From positions 1 to 64,000 of the forward strand of contig WOZJ01000066.1 in the NCBI GenBank assembly GCA_011620345.1: a stretch of 64,000 nt of DNA, written 5' to 3'. How positions within the stretch are numbered: the stretch's first letter is position 1; every line of letters starts with the position of its first letter. This DNA comes from Nitrospirota bacterium. GTDB taxonomy: Bacteria; UBA2233. Shown here one piece after another: positions 27,390 through 36,358 of the stretch. The position numbers were made by a program, and so were the translations under genes. The notes beneath the pieces were generated by a model that saw only the letters and a list, made by a program, of their open reading frames with translations, made no database searches and was not told where the DNA came from.

Positions 27390-28331
27390 ATGCCCATCTT
27401 GCCGCTCGACCCAAGAAAGGTCCATACCCGGAGCATCTTCGAAAGGACCTCCAAGCTCAAAGAAGGCGAGATGGCCGCCACGTATGCCAGGGGCATGACG
27501 GTTTCGGATTTTTTTCAATGTCTGCCCGATCAGCTGAGCGCAAAGGGGTTGAAAGACCTGGCTTGCTCAATCCTCGAGGCCAAGAGGCGTGGGGCCCCCG
27601 TGCTTTTGGGGATCGGCGGCCACGTCATCAAGGTGGGCCTTGCCCCTCTCCTTTGTCAATGGCTCGATTCTGGGCTTGTGGACGCCATCTTAGTGAACGG
27701 ATCCGTAATCGTCCACGATACGGAGATGGCGCTAATGGGGGCAACCTCCGAAGAGGTTCAGGCCGAGCTCGAGGCTGGGCTGTTCGGTATGGGCGCGGAG
27801 ACAGCCGCTTTCGTCCACAGCGCCCTTTCTAGGCTCAAGGATCAAGACGTAGGGTTCGGAGAGGCCATCGGCGAAGGGCTCGTTACGCAAGCCCCCGCCC
27901 ATTGTGACCTAAGCCTTGTTGCGAGGGCCTACAGGCGGCATGTCCCCGTTTTCGTGGCGCTAGCCGTAGGGACGGACATCTTGCACATGCATCCTAGCTT
28001 CGACCCGGCGCTCGCGGCAAAAAAATCCTACCAGGATTTCCTTACGTTTGCCGCCTACGTGGCAAGGCTTGAAGGCGGCGTATACATGAACGTCGGCTCT
28101 GCCGTAATTCTTCCCGAGGTGTTTCTCAAGGCGCTCGCGTTGGCCAGGAACTTAGGCGCGGAAATCAAGCACATCACGACGGCCAACCTGGATTTCTTGG
28201 AGCACTACAGGCCTAGGATGAACGTCCTTTCGAGGCCGACTTCCCAAGGGGGGCAGGCGATCTCGATAAGGGGCGCGCACGAGCTCACGATTCCGCTGCT
28301 GACGGCCCTATTGATCGAGGGGCTGAAATGA
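27390..28331 (+). CDS. Conserved hypothetical protein with a deoxyhypusine-synthase-like fold
   Basis: GGHVIKVGL, NGSVIVHD.E, G.FGM..ET, GTDI.HMH, NVGSAVILPEVFLKA, GAHE. Confidence 0.6.
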   Translation: MPILPLDPRKVHTRSIFERTSKLKEGEMAATYARGMTVSDFFQCLPDQLSAKGLKDLACSILEAKRRGAPVLLGIGGHVIKVGLAPLLCQWLDSGLVDAILVNGSVIVHDTEMALMGATSEEVQAELEAGLFGMGAETAAFVHSALSRLKDQDVGFGEAIGEGLVTQAPAHCDLSLVARAYRRHVPVFVALAVGTDILHMHPSFDPALAAKKSYQDFLTFAAYVARLEGGVYMNVGSAVILPEVFLKALALARNLGAEIKHITTANLDFLEHYRPRMNVLSRPTSQGGQAISIRGAHELTIPLLTALLIEGLK

Positions 28332-29047
28332 CGAAGGGCCTTACTCGAGACGGCTTAATGGCGCTCTACCGGGCGATGACGGCGCACTTTGGACCAAGCG
28401 GCTGGTGGCCCGCGAACAGCCCGTTCGAGGTGATGGTCGGTGCGATCCTTACCCAAAACACGGCCTGGGCAAACGCGGCCAAGGCCATCGAGAACCTAAA
28501 GGCCAACGGGCTTCTTTCGCTAGAGGCAATCGAGCGCTCGAGCGAAGAAGGGCTTGCCCGCGTGATCCGCTCCTCGGGGGCCTTCAACCAGAAGGCCAAA
28601 AGGCTCAAAACCTTCGTTTCTTACCTGATCCAGCGCTTTGGCGGGAGCCTAGAGGAGATGAGGCAGGTAGAAACGGCGAAACTGCGAGAGGAACTGCTCA
28701 AAACCCACGGAATCGGGCCCGAGACGGCCGACACGATCTTGCTGTACGCCGTAGGCAAGCCCGTTTTTGTGATCGATGCCTACACCAAGCGAATCCTGGC
28801 CAACCATGGCCTCGTTACGCAGGATGTGCCATACGAAGCGCTCCGGGGGTGCTTCGAGTGCAACCTTGAGCCCGAAGTGGCACTCTTTCGGGAGTTCCAT
28901 GCCCAGATCGTCTTGACGGGCAAGCATTTTTGCAGGAAACGCCCGCTTTGCTTCTCTTGCCCCCTAGAGCCGTTCTTGGAGCAACGCAGGGCCGGCGTAG
29001 ACGAACCAGAAACAAGGAAGCAGACATGCCTTTCGTTGCCCTGTTGA
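28328..29047 (+). CDS. Endonuclease III-related HhH-GPD protein
   Basis: GAILTQNTAW, GIGPETADTILLYA, FVIDAY, CRKRPLCFSC. Confidence 0.88.
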   Translation: MTKGLTRDGLMALYRAMTAHFGPSGWWPANSPFEVMVGAILTQNTAWANAAKAIENLKANGLLSLEAIERSSEEGLARVIRSSGAFNQKAKRLKTFVSYLIQRFGGSLEEMRQVETAKLREELLKTHGIGPETADTILLYAVGKPVFVIDAYTKRILANHGLVTQDVPYEALRGCFECNLEPEVALFREFHAQIVLTGKHFCRKRPLCFSCPLEPFLEQRRAGVDEPETRKQTCLSLPC

Positions 29048-29811
29048 GCGATTTCGGCTCGAAAGGGCCCTACGTTGGCCTCATGAAGGCCGAGGTGGTA
29101 AGGCGCGCCAAGGATGCATGCCTGATCGACATCACCCACGAGGTAAGCCCTTTTTGCATTCTCGAGGGGGCGTTCTTGCTGATGCGCGCAATGGAGTATT
29201 TCCCCCAAGGAACGGTGTTTTTGGCCGTTGTAGACCCAGGAGTCGGCACGCCAAGGCCCGCTTTGGTCCTCAAAGCCAACAAGAAGACCTTTATCGGACC
29301 GGACAACGGCCTGCTTGCCGGCGTGGCGCAAAAAGCCGGCTTGGAGGCGCTCTACGAAATCGATTTAGAGAAGCTCAAGGCCTACGGCCCCATTTCCAAC
29401 ACCTTCCACGGAAGGGACGTGTTTGCGAGGGTGGCGGGGCTTTTGTTGGCCGGGGAAGAGTCGTTCCTTACCCCCCGCAACGCCCCGCCCGAACCTTTGC
29501 CGGAGCTTTTCTGGATGGAAACCGAAGGAGGCATTGCGGGCAAGATCGCCCACATCGACCGTTTCGGTAACCTCGTTACGACGATCCCTTGGCCGTCCTC
29601 CGAAGACGAAGGCCGTTCTTTGGCCTGGGTCGTCCGGATGGGCGGCCATACCATAACTCAAAAGGTCGAAACCTACTTGCAAGGGAACGGGAGCTTTCCG
29701 TTCTTCTTGGAGTCCAGCTTCGGAACGCTCGAGATTGCCATGCGCGAGCGTTCCGCCAAGGATTTCTTGGGCGCGGACTTGGGCGAGGAGGTGACGCTTG
29801 CAAGCGCGTGA
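29026..29811 (+). CDS. SAM hydroxide adenosyltransferase (DUF62, SAM hydrolase)
   Basis: LLSDFG, DITH, VVDPGVGT.R, GPDNG, SNTFHGRDVF, DRFGN. Confidence 0.9.
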   Translation: MPFVALLSDFGSKGPYVGLMKAEVVRRAKDACLIDITHEVSPFCILEGAFLLMRAMEYFPQGTVFLAVVDPGVGTPRPALVLKANKKTFIGPDNGLLAGVAQKAGLEALYEIDLEKLKAYGPISNTFHGRDVFARVAGLLLAGEESFLTPRNAPPEPLPELFWMETEGGIAGKIAHIDRFGNLVTTIPWPSSEDEGRSLAWVVRMGGHTITQKVETYLQGNGSFPFFLESSFGTLEIAMRERSAKDFLGADLGEEVTLASA

Positions 29812-30628
29812 GCGTACGCTAGCGCTTTCTTTGTTCGTGCTCACGCTTGTGACGACCACGCTCGCGGGGGCTATTCAGCAGGGCGTAAACCCTCTTTCCG
29901 ACCCAAAGGGGGTGCTAGCCGGACTTCCCTTTGCGATTACGCTCATGGCCATACTGGGCTGCCACGAGATGGGGCATTTCTTGGCCTCCAAATGGCACAG
30001 GGTGAGTACCTCGTACCCCATGTTCATCCCGGCCCCCACGCTTCTTGGGACCTTTGGGGCGTTCATCCGGATGCGTGGCATCCCCCCAAGCAGGTCTGCT
30101 CTCCTGGATATCGGCGCCGCCGGTCCTTTAAGCGGCCTTGCCGTCGCCTTGCCCATCTGGCTGGTCGAGCTTCATAAAGCCACCCCGCCCGCTTTGCTGG
30201 GCCGGCTTCCGGGGGGCTATGGAATCGAGCTGGGAAGCTCGCTTTTGGTTTGGATGACCTCACACAACGCCCATGGGTACTCGGGCGAGCTCGTCTTGAC
30301 GAGCGTCGGGTTTGCCGCATGGATCGGGTTCTTCGTGACCTGCCTGAACCTCTTGCCCATCGGCCAGCTAGACGGCGGCCATATCCTCTATGCGCTCCTT
30401 GGGGGACGCGCACGGAAGCTTAGCCTCGTGTTCTGGGCGGGTCTTATCGGATGCGGGATGTTTTGGGATGGATGGTTGGTTTGGGCGTTCTTGTTGGCGA
30501 TTCTTGGCATCCGTCACCCACAGAGCGTGTGGCTCGAGCAAAGCAGGCTTGGGACAGGACGCAAGCTTCTTGGCCTGTTTGTCCTTTTGGTGTTTGTCCT
30601 ATGCTTTGTCCCCGTACCCTTCCGTTAG
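29798..30628 (+). CDS. Site-2 protease (M50)
   Basis: HEMGH, GTFGAFI, AGPLSG, NLLPIGQLDGGH. Confidence 0.92.
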   Translation: MQARERTLALSLFVLTLVTTTLAGAIQQGVNPLSDPKGVLAGLPFAITLMAILGCHEMGHFLASKWHRVSTSYPMFIPAPTLLGTFGAFIRMRGIPPSRSALLDIGAAGPLSGLAVALPIWLVELHKATPPALLGRLPGGYGIELGSSLLVWMTSHNAHGYSGELVLTSVGFAAWIGFFVTCLNLLPIGQLDGGHILYALLGGRARKLSLVFWAGLIGCGMFWDGWLVWAFLLAILGIRHPQSVWLEQSRLGTGRKLLGLFVLLVFVLCFVPVPFR

Positions 30629-31272
30629 GGCTCAAGCTCGCCAAGCTTAAGGCCGGCCTCTTGAAGCCTTTCGAAGAGCTCCGGTTGTTTCCCTCGGTCG
30701 ATCTCCACCCGAAACTTGTAACTTGGCCTTTTTGCCCCTTCGAGCCCTTCAACGGCAACGCTCAATACCTTGCCTCCAAGGCCCGAAACGGCCCCGAAGG
30801 CGGTGGCGAGCGCCTTGTGGCCTTCGTCCTCTTCGAGGAGGAACGTCGTCCCTTCTTTTAGCATCCCTAAAATGCCGATCAAAAGGAGCAAAAGGTCCGA
30901 ACGGGTGAGGATGCCCATGATTCTCCGGTCTTCGAGGACGACCAGCGCGCCAATCTTTTTGGTAAACATCAAATAAGCCGCCCGCTCTACGTCCGTATCC
31001 GGCCGGACGAACAAAGGCTCTTGCGTCATGACGTCTTTGACAAACACGAGGTTCTTGAAGTAAAAGTAGCGTTTTTCCTCGCCCATCCGGTTGGCCGGAA
31101 CGAGCGCTTGCCTTAGGTCTTTGTCCGAGATGATACCAATGAGGCGGTCCTGATCGTCGACGACTGGCAGGTGTCGGATGCCTTTTTTTCTTAGGATTTC
31201 GAAGGCCTCTTCGATGGGGAGGGCTGGCGTGACCGTAATGACGGGCGCCTTCATGATCTCTGAGACTTTCAT
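30625..31272 (-). CDS. CBS-pair plus ACT-like protein (AcuB-like)
   Basis: IRHLPVVD...GIISDKD; KIGALVV...GILTRSD. Confidence 0.85.
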   Translation of the reverse strand: MKVSEIMKAPVITVTPALPIEEAFEILRKKGIRHLPVVDDQDRLIGIISDKDLRQALVPANRMGEEKRYFYFKNLVFVKDVMTQEPLFVRPDTDVERAAYLMFTKKIGALVVLEDRRIMGILTRSDLLLLLIGILGMLKEGTTFLLEEDEGHKALATAFGAVSGLGGKVLSVAVEGLEGAKRPSYKFRVEIDRGKQPELFERLQEAGLKLGELEP

Positions 31273-31353
31273 GGCCTTTCACCACACATTAAGTAAAGAA
31301 TAAACTTTCATTCATAGTATACGATAGGATGGCCTAAATCGGCAACATACAGG

Positions 31354-31382
31354 TTGACTTGAGGTTTAGCCGGGACTACCAT
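31354..31382 (+). promoter_or_regulatory. Sigma-70 promoter for the ssb operon
   Basis: TTGACT-17 nt-TACCAT. Confidence 0.55.
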
Positions 31383-31426
31383 TAGGAGATGGACGGAGAG
31401 CAAACCTTCAAAAGAGCGGGAAGCCC

Positions 31427-31915
31427 ATGGGAAGCCTGAATAAAGTTCTTTTGATCGGGCGGCTGGGCGCCGACCCGGAAATTCGTTATGCCCAGGACGG
31501 TAGCCCGATTGCGACGCTGCGCCTGGCCACCTCCGAGTTCGGGCCGAGCAAGGACGGTAGGCGCGAAGAGCGCACCGAATGGCACCGGGTTGTATGCTTC
31601 GGAAGGCTGGCCAAGGTCTGCGAAGATTACCTCCGGAAAGGCCGTCAAGCCTTTATCGAAGGCAGGATCCAAACCAGGCAGTGGGAATCTCCCCAAGGGA
31701 AACGCTTTATGACGGAGATCATCGCCTTGAACCTTCAGATGCTCGATTCCAGGACGGCTCACGAGGCCCCCAACGTTCAGCTTCCGGGCAAAGAAGGCCA
31801 GGAGGGGTCGTTTGCCGATTACGGGTTTGGGGCTCCAGTCGATGTCGATGAGCCGGCCACTAGCCTGGACAAGGGTTCGCCTTTGCAAAACCCGGATGAC
31901 GAGCTCCCCTTTTAA
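31427..31915 (+). CDS. ssb: Single-stranded DNA-binding protein
   Basis: LNKVLLIGRLGADPE, TEWHRVV, C-terminal DDELPF. Confidence 0.97.
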   Translation: MGSLNKVLLIGRLGADPEIRYAQDGSPIATLRLATSEFGPSKDGRREERTEWHRVVCFGRLAKVCEDYLRKGRQAFIEGRIQTRQWESPQGKRFMTEIIALNLQMLDSRTAHEAPNVQLPGKEGQEGSFADYGFGAPVDVDEPATSLDKGSPLQNPDDELPF

Positions 31916-31919
31916 GGGG

Positions 31920-32888
31920 ATGGATGCGCTCGCCCTTCCGATTCAGCACGACCTCGAGGCGTTGGAGGCGTGCCTTGATAGCCTGACGGAATCCAGGTTT
32001 CGGCAGGTTCCGGAGGTTAGCCGCTACCTCATTCATGCAGGGGGTAAGCGCATTCGGCCCGTGGCGTGTTTTCTGGCCTGCAGGCTGTTCGACCCGCCCC
32101 ATCCCGGGCGGATCCATGTGGCCGCCGCGATCGAGTTGCTGCACACGGCCACCCTTTTGCATGACGACATCGTCGATCAAGCGACGCTCAGGCGGGGAAG
32201 GCCCTCTGCCAACGCCCGGTTCGGAAACCAACTTACCGTCCTGGTTGGAGACTACCTGCTTTCAAGGGCGACGCTTACGCTGATAGGGCTCAAAAACTTT
32301 CCCACTCTTGAGGTGTTTGCCCAAACGGCAAAGGCGATGGCCGAAGGAGAGGTTCTCCAGCTTGGCTATCAAGGGCTATCCAATTTGAGCCCTAAGGGTT
32401 ATCTGACGCTGATTTTCAGAAAAACGGCCTCGCTTATGGGCACTTCTACCGGCGCCGCGGCCCTGTTGCACACCAGCGACCCCAAGGCCTTCAAGGCGCT
32501 GAAGGCTTACGGCGTGTACGTAGGATATGCCTTTCAGATCATGGACGACGTGCTCGATTACGTAGCCAGGAGCGACGGGTTTGGAAAGGAGCGTTTCAAG
32601 GACATCAAAGAAGGCAAGGTTACACTCCCGTTGCTCTTAGCGCTCAAAAAGGCGAAGGCCTCCGAGAGGCGATTTTTGGAAAATCTGCTTGCCGAGCGTG
32701 CCGTCCCGGATGGGGCCGAGCAGGACTTGCTCGATGTTTTAGAGCGTACGAAGAGCATCTCCAGGGCCAAGCGTACGGCCGAGGCGTTTATCGAGAAGGC
32801 GTCGGATGCGCTCCTTCCTTTCGAGGGCCATTCCGCGGTATCCTCTCTAAAGGCGCTCGGCCGGTTCGTGATCGAGCGTACGCGCTAA
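31920..32888 (+). CDS. ispB: Polyprenyl diphosphate synthase (IspB/HepT-like)
   Basis: GGKRIRP, HDDIVD...RRG, GDYL, KTA, FQIMDDVLD. Confidence 0.88.
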   Translation: MDALALPIQHDLEALEACLDSLTESRFRQVPEVSRYLIHAGGKRIRPVACFLACRLFDPPHPGRIHVAAAIELLHTATLLHDDIVDQATLRRGRPSANARFGNQLTVLVGDYLLSRATLTLIGLKNFPTLEVFAQTAKAMAEGEVLQLGYQGLSNLSPKGYLTLIFRKTASLMGTSTGAAALLHTSDPKAFKALKAYGVYVGYAFQIMDDVLDYVARSDGFGKERFKDIKEGKVTLPLLLALKKAKASERRFLENLLAERAVPDGAEQDLLDVLERTKSISRAKRTAEAFIEKASDALLPFEGHSAVSSLKALGRFVIERTR

Positions 32889-32913
32889 TAGCAGGCGAAT
32901 TTAGGATAGAACA

Positions 32914-34407
32914 ATGGGGACAATGGAACAGACAGACCAAGTAGTCTCCAGGCTAAGCAAGCTTGAGGCGTTCAAGGAGCGTTTCGGGTTTGACTATCCT
33001 TCAGGGCCCAAGCCTGAAAGGACTGCCCGCCAGGCAGCCCTTTTTGCCCTCGAGCACGAGCAAGAGCTCAAAGAAAACCCGAGAGCCTTCGAACACGAGG
33101 TGTTTTCGTTGGCGGGCCGAATTCTTGGGATGCGCAGGTTCGGCAAGGCCGCCTTTTTCCACCTCCAGGACCAATCGGGCAAGTTACAAGCCTTCATCGA
33201 GTTTTCGGGCGTTGAGCCCGAAACGTTCGAGAAGTTCAAACTGCTCGATATCGGGGATATTGTCTGGGTCTTGGGCCCCCTTTTTTTTACTCGTACGGGA
33301 GAAATTACGCTTCGAGTATCGAAGGTTGAGCTGCTTTCCAAGGCGCTTCATCCGCTGCCCGAGAAATGGCACGGTCTTCAGGACAAAGAGCTACGGCTTC
33401 GAAAGCGCTACTTAGATTTCATCATCAACAACGATGCCAAGGAGAGGGTACGGAAGCGTGCCCAGGCGCTTAGCTACCTCCGGGAATTCATGAACTCTAG
33501 GGGATTCCTGGAGGTCCAGACGCCTATTTTCCATCCGATCCCCGGCGGAGCCGCCGCAAAGCCCTTTGAAACCCACCACAACGCCTTGGACAAGGACCTG
33601 TATTTGCGGGTGGCCCCGGAGCTTTACCTGAAGCGCATGCTTGTGGGCGGGTTTGAGAGGATCTACGAGCTAGGGCCCTGTTTTCGGAACGAGGGGCTTT
33701 CAACAGAGCACAACCCAGAGTTCACGATGCTCGAGAGCTACCAGGCCTACGCCACGTTTGAGGACGCGATGGAGCTTTTGGAGGCGCTGTTGCCTGGGCT
33801 GGCAAAAAGTCTTGGGCTAAGCCAAGAAGTCGTCTGGCAAGGGGAAACAGTAAGGCTCGAAGCACCCTTTCGGCGCCTTGCTTTCCACGATGCGCTCAAA
33901 ACGGCAACGGGCCTGGACCAAAAGAGCCTTGAAAGCAAGGAAGCTCTCCTTAGGCTTATCAAAGAGCGGCTTGAGGCCAACGTGCCACAAGACTCTTCTG
34001 TGGTTGCCTTGCAGGTGGAGCTTTTTGAGGAGCTTGTCGAGCCAACCTTGACCCAGCCTACGTTCGTTACGCACTTTCCTGTCGAGGTATCCCCGCTTGC
34101 CAAACGCTCCAAAGAAAACCCGATGCTGACAGACCGCTTCGAGCTGTATTTGTTCGGCAAGGAGATCGCCAACGCCTTTAGTGAGTTGAACGACCCTGTA
34201 GACCAAAGAGGACGTTTCCAAAAAGAGATGCAAAAACGGGATCTGGGCGACGAGGAAGCGCTTTATCTAGACGAAGATTTCCTCCATGCGCTCGAGTTCG
34301 GCATGCCTCCGGCTGCCGGGCTTGGCGTAGGGATCGATAGGCTCGTAATGCTCCTTACGGACACCCCTAGCATTCGTGACGTCATCGCATTCCCTACCCT
34401 AAGGTAA
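32914..34407 (+). CDS. lysS: Lysine--tRNA ligase (class II)
   Basis: LPEKWHGL, GGAAAKPF, YLRVAPELYLKR, FRNEG, HNPEF, GMPPAAGLGVGIDR. Confidence 0.97.
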   Translation: MGTMEQTDQVVSRLSKLEAFKERFGFDYPSGPKPERTARQAALFALEHEQELKENPRAFEHEVFSLAGRILGMRRFGKAAFFHLQDQSGKLQAFIEFSGVEPETFEKFKLLDIGDIVWVLGPLFFTRTGEITLRVSKVELLSKALHPLPEKWHGLQDKELRLRKRYLDFIINNDAKERVRKRAQALSYLREFMNSRGFLEVQTPIFHPIPGGAAAKPFETHHNALDKDLYLRVAPELYLKRMLVGGFERIYELGPCFRNEGLSTEHNPEFTMLESYQAYATFEDAMELLEALLPGLAKSLGLSQEVVWQGETVRLEAPFRRLAFHDALKTATGLDQKSLESKEALLRLIKERLEANVPQDSSVVALQVELFEELVEPTLTQPTFVTHFPVEVSPLAKRSKENPMLTDRFELYLFGKEIANAFSELNDPVDQRGRFQKEMQKRDLGDEEALYLDEDFLHALEFGMPPAAGLGVGIDRLVMLLTDTPSIRDVIAFPTLR

Positions 34408-34419
34408 AGACCCCGCACG

Positions 34420-35670
34420 ATGCCGCTTACACTCCTGATGGGCCTAAGGCACCTAAGGGCCCGTCGTCACCAGGCGTTTATCTCGTTCATCACGACCGTT
34501 TCCATCGCGGGGATTGCGATCGGTGTAATGGCCATGATCGTCGTTCTTGCCGTGATGACGGGGTTCGAGGAGGACCTAAAAGAGAAGATTTTAGGCTTCA
34601 ACGCGCACGTTCTAGTCCAGACGCCAGGGCCAAGTACGGTAGACCCTGCCGCGGCATTGTCGAAACTTGCTCAAGTCAAGGGCGTTACGTTTGCCGCCCC
34701 GTTTGTCCTTAGCCAGGTGATGGTCAGGGGAGGCGGGGAGAACGTCTCGGGCGTCGTGCTCAAAGGCATGGACCCAAAAGACTTAAAAAGGCTGCCCTCG
34801 CTCCAAAAAGCCCTCGCAGGCGGGGGAGTCGAAGGGCTCGAACCCGTGGGCGGCCCCCCTGGAGTGCTTCTCGGGAAGGAGCTTGCAGGCCAGCTAGGCG
34901 TGCTTCCGGGAGACGAGGTGGAGCTAATCTCTCCTTTTGGAACCCCCACGCCGATGGGGATGGTTCCAAAGGTGCGGAAATTCCGTGTTGCGGGCGTTTT
35001 TGGACTCGGGCTCTACGAGGTGGATGCCGCTGTCGTGCTGGCGGGGCTTAAAACGGCCCAGGGCTTTTTGGACATGCAAGGCGAAATGACGGGTATCGAG
35101 CTCCGCATTTCCGATATTTACAGGGCACGAACGATCGCGCGGCAAGTCCAGGAGACGCTCGGGTTTCCCTACCTCGTCCGGGACTGGATGGACATGAACC
35201 AAGGCATTCTAAGGGCGCTAAGGGTGGAAAAAACGGCGATGTTCGTCATTCTCATGCTGATCGTTCTTGTCGCTGCCTTCGACATCGTGACGACGCTCGT
35301 GATGGTGGTTATGGAAAAGCGCAAGGATATCGCGATTCTCAAGGTGATGGGGGCAAGAGACGGCCAAATTCTGGGAGTGTTTATCTTCCAGGGGTTCGTG
35401 ATCGGCCTAGCGGGTATTCTCTTGGGCGTAGCGGCCGGTATCTTGCTCGCGATGAACGTCGAGGTAGTCGTCCGGTTCTTTGAGCGCGTCTTTTCGCTCG
35501 AGCTGTTTCCCAAGGAGATCTACTCGCTCGATCGTTTTCCTTCGAAGCTGGAGGTAGGGGACATGCTCCGGGTATGCGCCATGACGGCGCTGGCTTGCCT
35601 TGCGGCAACGCTTTACCCTGCGCTTATGGCTCTTAAGGTCGAGCCGACCGAGATTCTCAGGTATGAATAG
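34420..35670 (+). CDS. lolC: Lipoprotein-releasing ABC permease LolC/E
   Basis: FISFI, VLAVMTGF, EK..MF, DIAILK.MG, YPA, LRYE. Confidence 0.9.
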   Translation: MPLTLLMGLRHLRARRHQAFISFITTVSIAGIAIGVMAMIVVLAVMTGFEEDLKEKILGFNAHVLVQTPGPSTVDPAAALSKLAQVKGVTFAAPFVLSQVMVRGGGENVSGVVLKGMDPKDLKRLPSLQKALAGGGVEGLEPVGGPPGVLLGKELAGQLGVLPGDEVELISPFGTPTPMGMVPKVRKFRVAGVFGLGLYEVDAAVVLAGLKTAQGFLDMQGEMTGIELRISDIYRARTIARQVQETLGFPYLVRDWMDMNQGILRALRVEKTAMFVILMLIVLVAAFDIVTTLVMVVMEKRKDIAILKVMGARDGQILGVFIFQGFVIGLAGILLGVAAGILLAMNVEVVVRFFERVFSLELFPKEIYSLDRFPSKLEVGDMLRVCAMTALACLAATLYPALMALKVEPTEILRYE

Positions 35671-36358
35671 CGAGGAAACCCCCCGCTTCCTTTCGGTTGA
35701 GGGCTTGAGCAAACGCTTCAAAACGCCCGCAGGCGAGGTGAAGGTTCTAGAAGACGTCAGCTTTGAGGTGCAAAGGGGCGAGGCGCTGGCGATCGTCGGA
35801 CCTTCGGGCGCGGGGAAGACCACGCTCTTGCATATCCTGGGGACTATTGAAAACCCAAGCGTGGGTCGTGTAAGATTTGGAGGTCTTGACCCTTTTTGCT
35901 TGAGCAGGAAGGCGCTCGCGCGGTTCCGGAATACGCGGATAGGGTTCGTGTTCCAAATGCACCACCTACTGCCGGAGTTTAGCGCCTTGGAGAACGTCAT
36001 GATGCCGGCAGTCATTCAAGGAATGCCGGATAAAAGGGCAAGGCAGCGTGCGATGGAGCTTCTTTCGGAAGTAGGAATTGGACACAGGGCACGCCACAGG
36101 CCGGGCGAGCTCTCTGGCGGGGAGGCACAAAGGGTGGCGATTGCCAGGGCTATCGTCAACGCGCCCGACCTCGTTTTGGCCGATGAGCCGACGGGCTCGT
36201 TGGACGAGGAAACGGGCGGGCGGGTTTTTGATCTTCTTTTGGGGCTCAACCGTGACAAGAACATGACGCTCGTCGTCGTGACGCACAACCATGAGTTTTG
36301 GGGCTTGATGGATCGTTGCCTTAAGCTAAGCCAAGGGAGAATCCGTGAAGAGGTCTAG
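35663..36358 (+). CDS. lolD: Lipoprotein-releasing ABC ATPase
   Basis: GPSGAGKTT, FQMHHLLPEF, LSGGEAQR, ADEPTG. Confidence 0.92.
   Translation: MNSEETPRFLSVEGLSKRFKTPAGEVKVLEDVSFEVQRGEALAIVGPSGAGKTTLLHILGTIENPSVGRVRFGGLDPFCLSRKALARFRNTRIGFVFQMHHLLPEFSALENVMMPAVIQGMPDKRARQRAMELLSEVGIGHRARHRPGELSGGEAQRVAIARAIVNAPDLVLADEPTGSLDEETGGRVFDLLLGLNRDKNMTLVVVTHNHEFWGLMDRCLKLSQGRIREEV

Noticed and set aside
29026-29811. SAM-dependent fluorinase/chlorinase
   Set aside because: It has the Asp-Arg-His set of DUF62 hydrolases (VDPGVGT.R, TFHGRD); halogenases have Tyr in place of that His
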